Under the pieces are notes generated by a model, which did not search any database, was not told the origin of the DNA, and was given only the letters and a program-made list of their open reading frames with translations. Shown here in pieces: positions 1 through 12,470 of a DNA stretch of 64,000 bases; position 1 is the first letter of the stretch; each line of letters starts with the position of its first letter. The DNA comes from Phaeosaccion multiseriatum (Eukaryota; Protista; Ochrophyta, other classes), in the NCBI GenBank assembly GCA_965112735.1, contig OZ218965.1, positions 620,001 to 684,000 of the forward strand. Reading direction: 5' to 3'. Position numbers and translations under genes: made by a program.

Positions 1-1655
1 GAGGCTGAAGGAGGAGGTGAGTCACAAGTGCCACGACACGACGGAGGGGAAGAGCCCACTGCCTGTCTGCCTTGCTATTTTTTATCTTGCGCTGACATTT
101 CCCCCATCTCCCCCTCCTCCTATACCGATGCTCCCTTGCTCCACTGTGGGTCTCTCTTGTCCTGCAGGGAGTTCCTGCACGTGTGACCGACAAGATTATG
201 GCCAAGGCATTGCTCACCTTGAATGTGGAGACCAGCTTCACGCAGTACCGCAATGGGGGTGGGGGGAACACCAGCCAACGTTCCAGATGTGCTCCAAGTG
301 CTTCCACGGCGACAGATTGCCGGCCTTGAGGAGGCGAAGCGATGGGGTGGTGGCAAGGGATGTGTCTACAACACCGACAGCAGGTCCAGCGGCCAGCAAA
401 AGTTCGGCGGCCACTACCACCACTCTCTCAATTTCAGCAGGCGTGTCGCTGCCCCCGTCTATACATGAGAAGGAAAGTTCACGCACGCTCTCTGTCTCCA
501 GCGGAGCAAACGACGCGAGAGCGGGAGCTGCGCATACTTCGTCAGGCGGCTTGAATCATGAGGCCATGATGCGTAACGCGGGTCACAGACAAGGGAAAGG
601 CCCAAGTTGGTGCTCTTCCTCTGTCAATCGCGTACGACAACATTGAGAGTCGGGGTGACAACACGTCCGGGTATGAGCCAGGTTTTAGCAGCTTCAGGGG
701 TGGAGGGGGGGGGCAGAGCAGCACGGCCACCCAGATCGTGCACCGATAGGGAGATCTGGTCTACATGAAGGCGGTGAATGGCTCGGGCAATGAGCTCTTC
801 TTTGTGGTCCAGCTAAGAGAAGACGTAAAGGAGGCGTACAAGAAGGTCCGCAGAGGAGCTGGAAAGACAGTGAAGATGGGAAAGATGGGAAAGAGACCTT
901 TTGCCGGGGCGTGCGACATTTTGTGAAGGGCAGCGCTGGTGGGGATCAAGCAAAGCGTGGCTCCGGTGATGTGGTATACAGCTACACCCATGATGCAAGC
1001 GTGAACGTGGAGGCGATGCACGGTGCGTTGACTTCGTTCGGTAACGCTGCCTACCTGCACGAAGGCTTCTCAGTTGGGACGAAGGGAAAGCAAGAAAAGA
1101 GGGGCAAGAAGAAGGGAGGGAAGGGCCCCAGCGCTTTGTCAGTCCCCGCTGATGTCGCCACCACCAGCCCGAGCATGCAGTCACTTTTGGCCAGGCGCTT
1201 GATGCGCCTCACCATCACGGAGGAGGAGCATGACAGCATCGTCGGTATTGTCAATGACTCAAGCAAAGAGAATGTCGACAGGCAAAATCGAGGCTAACGC
1301 CAACCAGATGATGAAGAGGTGGTCGCATCAGAAGGAGACGATGACAGTGAAGACGAAGGAGATGAAGAAAGCACGCCTCATCAGCGCAAGCTGGGAGTTA
1401 TGGTCAGCACGAGATCGTCCCGGGGCCGTTCGACAGGGGCGCCAGTGAGTTACAGAGATTTGCACATCGGCAAGAAGAGGAGGGGAGGGACAGTGTGTGT
1501 GGTGTGCAGGCAGGACGTCACAGAGGAGCGTCACACATGCTGCTATGTGATACTGACGCGTGTGGTGGAGAGTATCACCTCGGGTGTCTGACGCCTCCTC
1601 TCACTGAGGTACCTGAGGGGAGTGGTATTGTCCGGCGTGCCGCGAAAGGAAGTAG
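1..1655 (+). pseudogene. Degenerate gene (5' end outside window) ending in a PHD finger; upstream part possibly transposase-like
   Basis: The PHD motif CVVC...[35 protein letters not shown] (1495-1642) is recoverable only across two single-base frameshifts. An in-frame TAA at 1295-1297 lies between same-frame ORFs 911-1297 and 1319-1591. Intron 17-168 (gtgagt...ctgcag). Confidence 0.65.
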
Positions 1656-2345
1656 GCTAGTAGGTTGGCACTCGCGAAAGAACTCTGAACTCTCCATTAT
1701 AGAATGTACATGACGTACGCTATTTTGCGGTCCCAGCACACACGATGGGCACTCAGCAGGGCTGGGCATCAGCCCGTCACTCCCTCAGTCCCCCCTACTG
1801 TAGGTAGGTACAAACGGTCCGAAGAGCTGGGTCAGGTTCCAGGAGTTCCAGGTTCTGGGCTGGCCTGTCTCAGAACCGAGAAAGGGCTGAAGCAGATGGA
1901 GAGTGAGTGGTGTGAAGAAGCTGCTCAAGAGTTGCCTGTCTCCTTTGGAATCGACCGAGCGGCAGGGTGAGGCCCGCTCCAGTAAGAAAAGCTGAGGGCC
2001 TCGCCTCTTTGATCATGTATAGTATAGTGTATGTAATGATAAAAAAATGTCAGGGCTAGCATAAGTCTTCTTGGTCTTTGTTGGTGTGTGTGTGTGTGTG
2101 TGATGTGCGTGTGTTCATTGCCTCATATGTTGCTGCTGCTGGTGGTGGTGGTGGTGATGTTGCTTCTGCTACTGCTGCTAATGTATTTCTCCCTTCCTTC
2201 CCTGCTACTCCTCACTCTTACCGCCCTTCCTCTGCTCTTTTGCGTGACTGCAGCAGGGAGGGAGGGTGGGGGGAGGGGCGGGGCGGGAAACATTCCCCAA
2301 CAAATCTCTTCTCACCGTGCCTGCACTCTATTCTATGCTTGTGCC

Positions 2346-2828
2346 CTACTTGCCACCGCTCGGTCCCCTCTCTCCCTGCTGGTCCATCAAGCACTGCACC
2401 CGGTACTTCGCTTCCCCGCTCTTGAAAAAGAACATGGTGTCAATCTGCTGATAGTGCCTTTCCGTGAGACGGGCGAGGGGAAGGAGAAGATGGCTGCGAG
2501 GCAGGCTGAATTTGCGCCCATGCGTCTCACTGTGCACGAAGTAGAGCATACAGTCGCTCGTCTTGCTCCACCGTATATGCGTCACTACCCCTTTCCCCTG
2601 GATTCCATTGGCGCCCCGGCGATGCGGCCTCGGGACGCGGAACTCCACCTTCATCCCTATCTCCACGGGCCCACTTGTCTGCCTCTCCCGAGCTTGCCTG
2701 TGGAAGTCGGCAATAACGCGGGCAAGCGCTGCCTGTGTCGCTTGATTCAGACCCCCCCCCACACACTTTGAGCACCACTCCTCAGTCTTGCACTTGCAGC
2801 CAGCTTCGCCAGCCTGTGGGCGCGGCAT
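2346..2828 (-). CDS. Hypothetical protein with a possible SH3/Tudor/KOW-like beta-barrel
   Basis: 160-aa ORF with the protein-like segment VEIGMKVEFRVP...GKGVVTHIRW...LYFVHSETHGRKFSLPRSHL. No family recognised and boundaries uncertain. Confidence 0.3.
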   Translation of the reverse strand: MPRPQAGEAGCKCKTEEWCSKCVGGGLNQATQAALARVIADFHRQARERQTSGPVEIGMKVEFRVPRPHRRGANGIQGKGVVTHIRWSKTSDCMLYFVHSETHGRKFSLPRSHLLLPLARLTERHYQQIDTMFFFKSGEAKYRVQCLMDQQGERGPSGGK

Positions 2829-3149
2829 TTGCGAAGAAATCTAACCCGAAGAGCAGGAGTAAGTACAGCAAAGGGATAGGGTTAACACAGGGTATAAAGC
2901 TTCAATCAGATGTCTCTCCATCTCTCTCCCTCTGCCTGTCTCATCTTCCCCCCCCCCGCCCCCCCCCCGGCCCCCTCTTTCTCATTTGGAGCAAGTGAAA
3001 CTGAATCAGCAGGGCATGCAGAGCGTACCGAAGGGAGGGGAATAGCCATGAAGAAGACAGCATATCTGTGCCCTGGCCTATATCAGAGCGCAAACCCCCC
3101 CTCTCATTCCGACTTGTCTGAGGTCATTTCCCGCCAAAATGGCGTGACA

Positions 3150-3790
3150 TCTCACCTGCACACTTTCGCCCCGCAGATCCTATCACCACACTTTCAGCTA
3201 CCCAGCAACGCCTACGCTACTCAGATCGTCTGCTCCGCGAAGATTCTCACCTCCCACGCTCTAAATCGTGCACAGTTCCGTCTTCCCCCCCCCTCGTAAA
3301 CGGGTGAATGGGCCCTCACTTTTCACCTGCCCACTCCCCCCCAACAGCTCCTACAATCGCACTTTCAGCTACCCAACCTCACGTGACATATGTCCTCCGT
3401 AAGATCTCCGAAGCCCTTCACCTCTCGTGCTCTAAAGCCTGTACACTCCCCCCCCCCCCCGCTCGTCAATGGGCGGAAGGGCCTTCAAATTTCAGCTGCC
3501 CACTTTCTCCCCGCAGCTTCTTCAAGCGCACTTTGAGCTATCCAAACCCGATTGCACTGTGTATACCGCAGCTGTCCCAAAGATCTTCACCTTTAGTGCT
3601 CTGTATCGTTCACACCTTGTGTCCGTCGGTAGCGAGAAATGCCGTTTCGTGAGCGGCACCTTCCACCTGCTAAATTTGTCCCTGCAGGTCCTACAATCGC
3701 ACTTTCAGCTGCTCACCACGGAGACAACTATGAAGGCCGCAACTTTCCCGAAGATCTTCGCCTGCGGTGCCCTATAGCGCGCACAATACC
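3150..3790. repeat. Diverged tandem repeat, about 170-bp unit, about 4 copies
   Basis: Core CTTT(C/G)AGCT at 3191, 3362, 3531 and 3702 (spacing 171/169/171), each preceded by a similar CAC/GCTGC...CAG..CCTA..A.CGCA block. Confidence 0.7.
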
Positions 3791-3958
3791 TCTATTGCCA
3801 GCTCACTCACTAGATTTCAGGATTTCTACTGACATACGAGATCCATCCGACATCGATCCGCCCCGCCCCATCGGAGTTTTATTTCCTTCCATCCCTTCCA
3901 CGCAAGCTTCTTGTTTATACAAGGAGTGTGATTCAGGAGCGAGCCAGTGTGATTCAGA

Positions 3959-5328
3959 ATGGCAGAGGAGGAGGAGGAGGACAGAGGGGGGGCACCACCA
4001 CAGAGCCTTGCTGACAAGATGGAGATTCCCTTGCTCACCTTGAGGGAGTGCTTCTGCTACCGCATTCCGCCCTTGCACTCCGCTTCGGGACATCGCGCAG
4101 ACAGCTGGGGACTGGACAAGCCTCTGTTCACAGGTCAGTCTTATCTTGTGAGGGAGACACAGGTTGCATGAGAGGAAGGAAGTCAACACCTCCCCCCCCC
4201 ACCCACCAACTGCAGGGGAAATGAAGCTGGTTCAGCGGGGGGAAGCTTGCTGCGTTCGGCTCTTCTCCCCCCCGCCGGCCACCGCAGCTGACACCCCGAA
4301 TGGCGCGTTGAGCGGCCCACTGACGCTGTTCGCCGAGGCCACCATCCGCCTGGACAGCGGACGGAGCTTGAACCACTACGTAGAAGGAGTTATGGACAGC
4401 AGCCGGTGAGTGAGCTAGGTGTGTAAATAACGTGAGCCCCTCCTGCTGCTCCTGTGTGAAAGTCGAGCATCCCTCCTGCCGCTCCTCCTCCTCCTCCTCC
4501 TCCTCCTCCTCCTCCTCCTCCTCCTCCTCCTCCCCCTCTTCTCAGCTATTTCGTGCTAAGGTGCGAAGATGAGAAGACTAAGCGGCACGCCTATGTGGGC
4601 ATTGGTAAGTGAATACTCGAGAGAGGAGTGTTCAGGGGCTCCGCAGACGAGAGGTGAAGCACAACCATGTGCTGATGTTGCTTGTTTCACTAGCACAACC
4701 ATGTGCTCATGTTGCTTGTTTCACTAGCACAACCATGTGCTCATGTTGCTTGTTTCACTTAGCACAACCATGTGCTCATGTTGCTTGTTTCACTTACCAC
4801 AACCATGTACTCATGTTGCTTGTTTCACTTAGCACAACCATGTACTCATGTTGCTTGTTTCACTTGCCGTCGCCCCTCCGCAGGTTTTCGAGAGAGAAGC
4901 TCTGCGTTCGATATGAAGGTACGTGAAAGCACGAAGAGGAGGGCCAATGGACAACGTTGAATGCATGCATGTCCCATATTAACCCAATAACTTTAACCAT
5001 AACTCTCAAACAGGCCGTCCTGGATGATTTCGTCCGCTCGGTCCACCGCCAGCACAAGGCGGAGCAGCTCGTGGCTCAGCACGAAGAAAGCGGCACGGAA
5101 GGAGAGGGGGACGTGAAGCCGCTCAAGGACTTGTCCATAGGCAAGGGGAAGAAGATTCACCTTTCAGTGTGTAAAGGCGGGAGGGAGGTGCGGCGGCCAA
5201 GCAAGGGGGGGGGTGGGCTCAGTCCGCCGCCTCCTCCAGGACAAACGTTCAAGGCCTTTGAGCCGCCACCACAAGAGACCGGCAAGACAGAGGAAGACGA
5301 AGACTGGGGAGACTTCGCTTCAGCGTGA
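3959..5328 (+). CDS. NECAP: Adaptin ear-binding coat-associated protein (NECAP, PHear domain), 5 exons
   Basis: Spliced motifs CFCYRIPP..SASGHRADSW, VEGVMDSSR|YFVLR, HAYVGIG|FRERSSAFD and C-terminal acidic WGDF. Exons about 3959-4133, 4217-4405, 4546-4604, 4884-4918, 5014-5328. Confidence 0.93.
4657..4866 (+). repeat. Intronic minisatellite, 34-35 bp x 6
   Basis: Head-to-tail copies of GCACAACCATGT(G/A)CTCATGTTGCTTGTTTCACT(T)A with no spacers, inside NECAP intron 3. Confidence 0.95.
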
Positions 5329-5534
5329 TGGAGATGAGACAAGTCTGCCCGGCCTTGCTCACCTCACATCAAGTTTTGAGGTCTGCGGGCAGAGCCACAA
5401 TGTACAAAACAGCCCGAGTGTTATTATTGATTAGAAATTGAACGTGTTTTCGTGTGCGGCCGGCCACCTCTTTTCCCTTCCGTTCTGACGGCAGGCAGGC
5501 AGGCAGGCAGGCAGGCAGCTCTCCCTCCGTCAGC

Positions 5535-6606
5535 TCAGGACTCTCTGACGAGGAGGACGGGCCCCCGTGCTTCTAACTTGAGGATGTCCGCCTCCAGCGC
5601 CACCATCTCTCCCTCCAGCCGCTCTTTCCTGTTCGCAGATGGACAAGACATTCGAGAAACAGAGCAACAAACAAAGTTAGACGCTTGAAGTGATGAGCAG
5701 GGTACCACAGTCGGAGCATGGGCTGGGGCCCCTTCCTAACTGCGACTGACCTACGCTTCTTCCCGGACTGGAGGTCGACAATGTGCGCCAGGAGCTGGTA
5801 TGTCTTGTTGGTCTCGTCCCACTTCGCCTTGAGCGCGTCAAGGAGCTCGCTCCTCTCGCACTCCTCGAACTCCTCGTATTGGTTCTTGTCCTCCCCTGTG
5901 GACATGTCCAGTTGGTCCCTGACGTAGCTGTCAATCATATCATTCTCGCGCTCAATCTCGTCCTTGACTTGCGCGAGATAGGCAGGCACGCGGCCGTACT
6001 CCTCCTTGAGCAAGTAGTTTGGCTCGACCGGCTTCTTGCACGTGGGCACCGCAAGAATGGCCTCTACTGCATTGGCTGTGACAAAGTTTTTGTTGCTTCG
6101 AAGACCGATGACGGGCTTGTCGTTCCTTCGCGGCACAAGCTTGGCGCCAGCTTCGCTCCTGGCCATCCTCTCAGAGGCCTTGGCGGCTGACACCTCGGCT
6201 GTGGCCTCCATTTGGATTTGCTTCTGCATAAGGTCAGCCCGCACCGAAATGTACCCCTCACCCTTCTTTAGGTACGTTTCTGGGGACGGCTGGTAGTCCT
6301 CCGCCTTGCGACCAAAGGTGCCATGGGACTGCCGCTTCACTACCGCCGCACCTTTGGGTTGCGTTGTCCCCTGTGTGCCTAAGCAAAGGGGCAGGGAAGA
6401 ACGGGGGGGGTGGGCACACGGGAACAAGTCAGAAGCGGGTGCGCTACTCTCCTCCAGACAGTTCACCACGAATAAATCCACTACTTACCGAAAGTGGATC
6501 CCGCGAGGATGGAGTTTGGGCTGTGCCTTGACCTGTACATGGTCGGCTTTTCAATCACCCTGTGCTCCTCCGGCACCAGCCGATAGATGGTCTCCCCCAT
6601 GGCCAT
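5535..6606 (-). CDS. ENKUR: Enkurin (flagellar microtubule inner protein), 3 exons
   Basis: ETIYRLVP..KPTMYRS, KNFVTANAVEAI, YLLKEEYGRVPAYL, LLDALKAKWDETNKTYQ and KERLEGEM..LEADILKLE are characteristic enkurin blocks. Confidence 0.92.
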
Positions 6607-6802
6607 GCTTTTGTCGCAGAAAGCCTTGGCACTGACCCCACTCCTCCCACTGCTTTTGTTGTCTGCCTTCTTGTTTCTCCTTTTCTCTCTCCGTTGTGGG
6701 CGTGGACGACTGAAATGCCACAAGAAAATTTCTGTAACCCCTGGAGCACCAACGTCCTTGAGCTCACAGGGGCGCCCAGCGGGCTTGTTTCTTGTTCGCT
6801 GG

Positions 6803-8328
6803 ATGAGCTCCGCGAATAAGAGGCGGCGGGCCTTGGATTCTGATGGCACGGATGAGAGCATGTCTCCTGGACGAAGGGGGCGGCCGTGGAACGTTTCGTG
6901 CTGTTTCGACGAGGGGGCGATGAGCTGTACCCAACTTTTGTTTTCGGTTGTTTTTTCCGTCCTTCTCGCCTACCTTTGCGTTGATTTGCTGACGGCAAGG
7001 TACTCGGTGAAGGTTTTGGAGCTTCTACTCAACTGGATGGAAGGACTGCACGTCGTTCTTCTCACGATTTCAGTTACCCTGCTCATGGCCTTCTGGACAG
7101 TGCTGTTGCTGCCGATGACATTTGTTTGTGTGGCGGTGGGCTTTGTCTTCGACAACAAGTTCTCCAGCAGTAGCTTGGCGTTTTGCTTGGCGCTGGTGAC
7201 GTGTTTTGGGGGCTTCTGCCTCGGCGCCTCGCTGTGCTTTTACATGGGCCGAACGATTCTTCGGGGGTGGGCGAAGAAAATGATTTCACATTACAAGGTC
7301 TTGACCGCTTTGGATCATACCTTCCACGACCGTGGGAGGAAGGTAAGCTTTTAGAGAGAGAGAGACACACACAGAGAGAGAGAGAATGAGAGAGGGGGAA
7401 GAGATAGAGAGAGAGGGAAGAGAGAGACAGACAGAGACGGAGAGAGAGAGAGAAAGAGATAGAGACGGGGAAGGACAAGGTGCGCGTATCCCAACCCCCC
7501 CCCCCCCCCCTTACGACCGACCCACGCTCTCCTCTCCAGGTCAACCTCATCCTCCGTGTCAATCCGGTCATTCCCTACAACGTGATGAACTACGCCATGG
7601 GATTGTCCGAGTCAACCTATAAGGACTATTGCTGGGGCCTCCTGGGGGCGCTGCCGTACACAATCGTCTCAGTCTACGTTGGGCAGCTTGTAAGGTGAGT
7701 GAGTGGAGGGAGATGAGGAAGACGAGAGAGGCGAGTCAACGAGGACGGTACACGCCAGCAAGCGTCCAGGCCAAGGGGTGAGGAAGAGGCCTCCGCCTCG
7801 TCCTCCTCCTCCCCGCCCTCCTGCTGCTGTCGCTTCTGCACTCGCTCATACGTCGTGACCTCTTGCCTCTTACCGCACGTCCCCTCTCGGCCGCTTCAGC
7901 TCCATTTCGGACCTAGACGTGTACGGCCGTACTGGCCCCTGGTGGATCGCCTTATATGTTTTACTTTGTCTCTTCTTCGTGGCCTCCTCGTGGTACATGT
8001 ACACGTGAGTGGATGAGTGAGGGAGGGTGTTGTGGCGCGTGCTCTGTCTCTTATCTCCGGCGGTTCCTGTGTGGCACCTTTGCCCCCCACCTTCACTTGC
8101 TTCGGCCGTCCTTGCCCTCCCACCCCTTCTCTCCGTCCCCTTCCCTCCCTTGTGTTGACGCCGTCCAGATGGACGAAGCAAGAAATGGAGAGTGTGATTG
8201 CCAGCTCGGGCCACTTTCGAAGCGTCAGTTTCGCGGATACCATCGGCGGAAGCACTGCGTTCGGCACTTTCGGCGGCGATGAGCAAGGGCCACCTCCAGG
8301 AGCCTCGGCCTCTTCAGCGTTAATATGA
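6803..8328 (+). CDS. TVP38/TMEM64 family (SNARE-associated Golgi/VTT domain) membrane protein, about 4 exons
   Basis: Hydrophobic helices with LLLPMTFVCVAVGFVF, GASLCFYMGRT, LILRVNPVIPYNVMNYAMGL and GALPYTIVSVYVG. Start codon uncertain (6803 or 6860). Confidence 0.85.
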
Positions 8329-8501
8329 GAGCACTGAAGCGCTCTCTCTTGTAGATAAAAAAATGTATTTGCACAAAAAGCCTTCCTAAGACTCAGTTCA
8401 ATATCTTTCTTCTATCCCCAGCCTCGCAAGCCGAGGCGAACTCCACCGCTCTTCCCCCGTAGGCCCACCCCAGCCCAGCCCGGCCCGGCCCCTCGTCCTC
8501 C

Positions 8502-8636
8502 TCAGTCCTTGTATCTATAGAAGGTAAGGTATGCCATATGCCAGTCTCCTCCACCCTTCGAGACCGCAAGAGGTGCACGACAACAGAGAGACAAGATTTG
8601 GAGTGGTGAGTGGTAGGCCCAGACAGACAGGCTGGG

Positions 8637-8678
<42 letters not shown>

Positions 8679-11600
8679 ACAACGGACTACTCTCCTTTGC
8701 TCTGCTCTGCTCACCTTGAGCTCCATGATCGCCTCCGTGGTGGTCTCGGAAACCTCGTCGTCGTTGAACACAAGCCACTTGTCCCCCTCGTCCCGCACCC
8801 ACCCCATATAGTGCCCGCTGTCGGCGTCGCGCCCCTTGTGCGTCACTACGGCAAAGAGCTCGTAGTTCCTGCAGGCAACGAGAGAGAGAGAGAGAGAGGG
8901 AGTCAGTCACGCAGGGCTCTCTCTCCTCTTCTCTTGGTCTCGTCCTCTTACCCCTTGAAATCTGCAGGCAGCCCCACTCCCGCTGCGCCATCCTGGTTCA
9001 CCTCTTCCCCGTTGGACATGGCGATGGCCTGCGCGAGGGCTTCCGCGTCCTCATCTTCGACCTCCATAGCCGCCGCGCCTGCCTCTGGTTCCTCTTTCTT
9101 ACTGTTCACACACGTACGCACGAGAGAGGAGATGCATGTCAGAGCTTTTTGGCTCCGTATTTAAGCGATGAGTGAGACCCAAATCACGCCTTGCAGGGAC
9201 CCTGTTACCCTCCCTCCCCACCAACCCCCACAGCGCCGCTCACCTCTCCTCCGCCCCGTCTGCCTTCTCGCCGTCCTTGTCACCGCTCGCCGATGCTTTG
9301 GCGGCCATGTCCGCGTTGAGCTTGGCCGTGATGGCGAGCGCCGCCTTGTCGCGAGGCCGCTTGAGCACCTTCTGAAGGTCCTCGCTGCAAAAGTCGAACA
9401 CGTCCAGCGTCTGTGCGTGCAGCGGAGAAGGAGGAGAGGGAGGGGGTTGGGGTTGAGCGAACGTCTGTGCGAACCCTGCGCGTGCCCCGAGAGAGAGTCA
9501 TATGAGGGGGGAGGAGGTCCTCTCGAGCCATGGCCCAATTCCTGCAAGGGGGGGATAGAAGTTTCCGGCAGAGGGTATCATAGCATCATCATCGTACCTT
9601 TGGCACGCTCACAGGCTTGCGGATCTTGCACTTGACGCCTTCCGATGCCTTCCAGAAAAAGCGCATGTACTGAAGGCAGTGGGGGGGATCAAAAGGTGCG
9701 ACCACGTTGAGAACAAGACTAAAGGCGTGGGGCAGGCCTCGGCCTTCGTCTCTTCCTTACCTGCACGCAAATATACCTCGGCAGCCTCTTAATCCTCTGC
9801 TTCTTGGTCCACACCCCGTCTCTGCCCAATATCTCAGAGTGCTTCTCGACCTGTCGCGTGTTCGGGCCGACAGGGACGACGACGTGGAGAGGGAAGTCAC
9901 GCAAAGGAGCGGTTGGTGAGAAATAGCGCATCAGCAGCAGCCCACAGCCACAGCCTAGCCCAGAGAGCACTGCATGAGGCACCTGCTCTCCTTGCCTCTC
10001 CATAGAGAGAGGACTCGGCTATCTGAGGAACTCTCTCCACCCCCTATGTGCCGGCAGCCCACATACTCACACCCACCCACGCCTCCTCCACGCACCTTGC
10101 CGTTCATGCCGTGCAGCACCCCCTCCGACAGGTGGTTGATCTGCACCTCCTTCCCCGCGCCGCCTTCGATGTTGCACACAAGCTTTCGGGACACCTCCGA
10201 GGTGACCTTTCGAGTCAAGCCGAGCAGGCACAAAACGTAGGCACAAAACGCGGGCACAAAAGGCCGGCACTCTGGTCAGCGCGGGACATTGGAGGGCACA
10301 CATGGACATTTGTTTTCTGTAACGCACCTTCTTGGGCTCCTCCGCGCACTCGTCGCAGGTGAGCTCCTCCTCCATTTGCAGGCCAAATAAGGCATCAACG
10401 AGGTTGTTGGCTTGGCCCAGAGAAGGCAGGCCGTTCGCCTGTCGTGGGGAGTGGAAGAGGACTTGCTTGAGAAAGCCCATTCGAGGGAGGGAGCAGGGAC
10501 AGACTGACACATACAGAGGCTTCCCTTCCGGTCCCTTCCTTCCTTCCTTCTTCCCTCTCCTTCCTACCTTGGCGATGTGGTCCGCGTCCGTCTGACGCTC
10601 CTGGCCGCCCATGAGCCTTACCGTGTAGTAGGGCTTGGCGTCGTCGTAGTGGATACGAACCACCGTAGCCTTCTGCTGTACCTTGACGGCCTTGCTGGCC
10701 TTCTCTTCCCCTTCCGTCGCTGTCTTCGCCGCCGCCTCAACTGCCGCTAAAGAGCCCGCGGGTGGGGGAGGAGGAAAGCCGGTGTAAAAGACCTCTTCCC
10801 CCTCCTTTATCGAGGCAGAGAGGGGCTGCGAGTGGGGCAAGGCATACATACCAGCGGAGGAGGGGGCAGCGATCGTTCTGGTTCAGGACAGGAGCTCTGG
10901 CAGGCGTCGGGCGCTGAAAAAATCGACAAAAACACACCCCGGAGCCCTTTGCGAAGGCCTCCAAAGGTGCAACGCCTCTCACTCACATCCTTCAGGGCCC
11001 CTGTGAGAGACACCATGAGCGTGGAGTACAGCTCCTCCGCATCTTGCTGCATCAGGTGCTGATGGGCTCCGTGAGACCGCTGCATGTGCGTGCGTGTGTG
11101 CGTGCGTGTGTGCGTGCGAGCGTAAGGGAAAGGGGGGGCTCAGTCAGAGGTTTTTGTCAAAGTCACGCTCGGAGGGAGAGGGAGCCCAACAGGGAGAGGG
11201 GGCGGCGCACACGCGTACCTACCTGCGCGAACTGTGGGAAGTGCTGGTGCAGCGTGGACAAGAACATGACCGGAGGGATGGAATCTGGTGATCGGTCCAG
11301 GGTCTCGTAAGTGTCTCTGTGGGGAGAGGGGGGAGGGGAGAGGCGGTGCGGAGCGTAAGGGCCCAGTACATTCCTCTGCCGGGGTCGCTGGGACGCCGAG
11401 CGAGACCATGGCCCCAACACACTGACAACCGCTCACCTCAGGGCGGACGAGAGCTGCCCAGCCGAGTCGCCTGCGCCCCCGCGAGGCAGCGCCTTGAGGC
11501 CCTCCCGCAGCTCCGGCACATGCCGCAAGCACTAGGAGGACGAGTGATAAACACAGCCGCAAACAGGAGGGAGGGTATTAGCATAAAAGCAGCACAGCAG

Positions 11601-12372
11601 CTCGAGCGGCTTTGATTTTGGCTCTGATCCGCTCCTTGCCCTTACCTGCAGGGTGGAGTTCATGTAGCACGTGTTGCCGAGGTTGTTGAGGCCGGCGGGG
11701 ATGGGTGCGGCCTTGGCCAGATCCTCGTCCTTCAGGTCCTCCATGAACACCACCTGCGATGAGAGGGACAGATAGGTAAGACTAGTCTATCTTCCACTGG
11801 ATTAGACTGTCTTCAGCTGGACTGATCTTCAAGGGCAGAGCAGTGCCGCACGCTTGGCACACACTCTCAGCACCCAGCCTCACAAACTCACCTCTTGCTG
11901 AGGCTTCTCCACGACATCCGCCGAGCCCATGAGCATGATCTGCATGCCGTCCTTGAACTTACAGCTGGACATGTCCATATCGTCCTTCAATACGCCCTAA
12001 AGAAGGGACGGGCGCGCGCGTAAACAGGCTTTAGAGGTCGGAAGCAAGCCCCCTCCCACTTTTTTGAAGAAGAGAGAGCACTTCCCCACTAATCCACACT
12101 CCCGTGCCCTCAAATGAGTCAAATGAGACCGTGAAAGAGAAATCCACAATTGTCATCTCCGCTGCTGCCTTCCCGCATGCCTCTTTTGGCGGTCTGCTGA
12201 GCAGCGCCGAGCTCACCTTCCACGCCTTGCACATCAGCTTCTGCCTGTCCACGGGCACGTTCGTCAGCGTGCTGATCTGCGCCTTGAACACTTCTGCACT
12301 GTCATTAGTGTCGACCTTCACGTCCTCGAAGACCTGCTTATTCCACTTAACCTTCACCGTAAAAGCCGCCAT
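8502..12372 (-). CDS. USP14: Proteasome-associated deubiquitinase USP14/UBP6 (Ubl + USP domain), multi-exon
   Basis: N-terminal Ubl (VKVKWNK..FKAQ..LTNVPVDRQKLM), Cys box GLNNLGNTCYMNSTLQ, QQDAEE, His box HKGRDADSGHYMGW and terminal GGGDWHMAY. Confidence 0.95.
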
Positions 12373-12470
12373 TTTCTCTGTTTGTGATGTTCTCTCGACG
12401 CCCCCCGCTCAAAACCGCCAAACTGAAACTCTGCAAACCGTCGGCGCGAAAAAGGAAAAAGGGAAAAGGG

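Noticed and set aside
4657-4866. CRISPR-like 35-bp direct repeats
   Set aside because: Units are contiguous with no unique spacers, lie inside a spliceosomal intron, and have no cas genes nearby.
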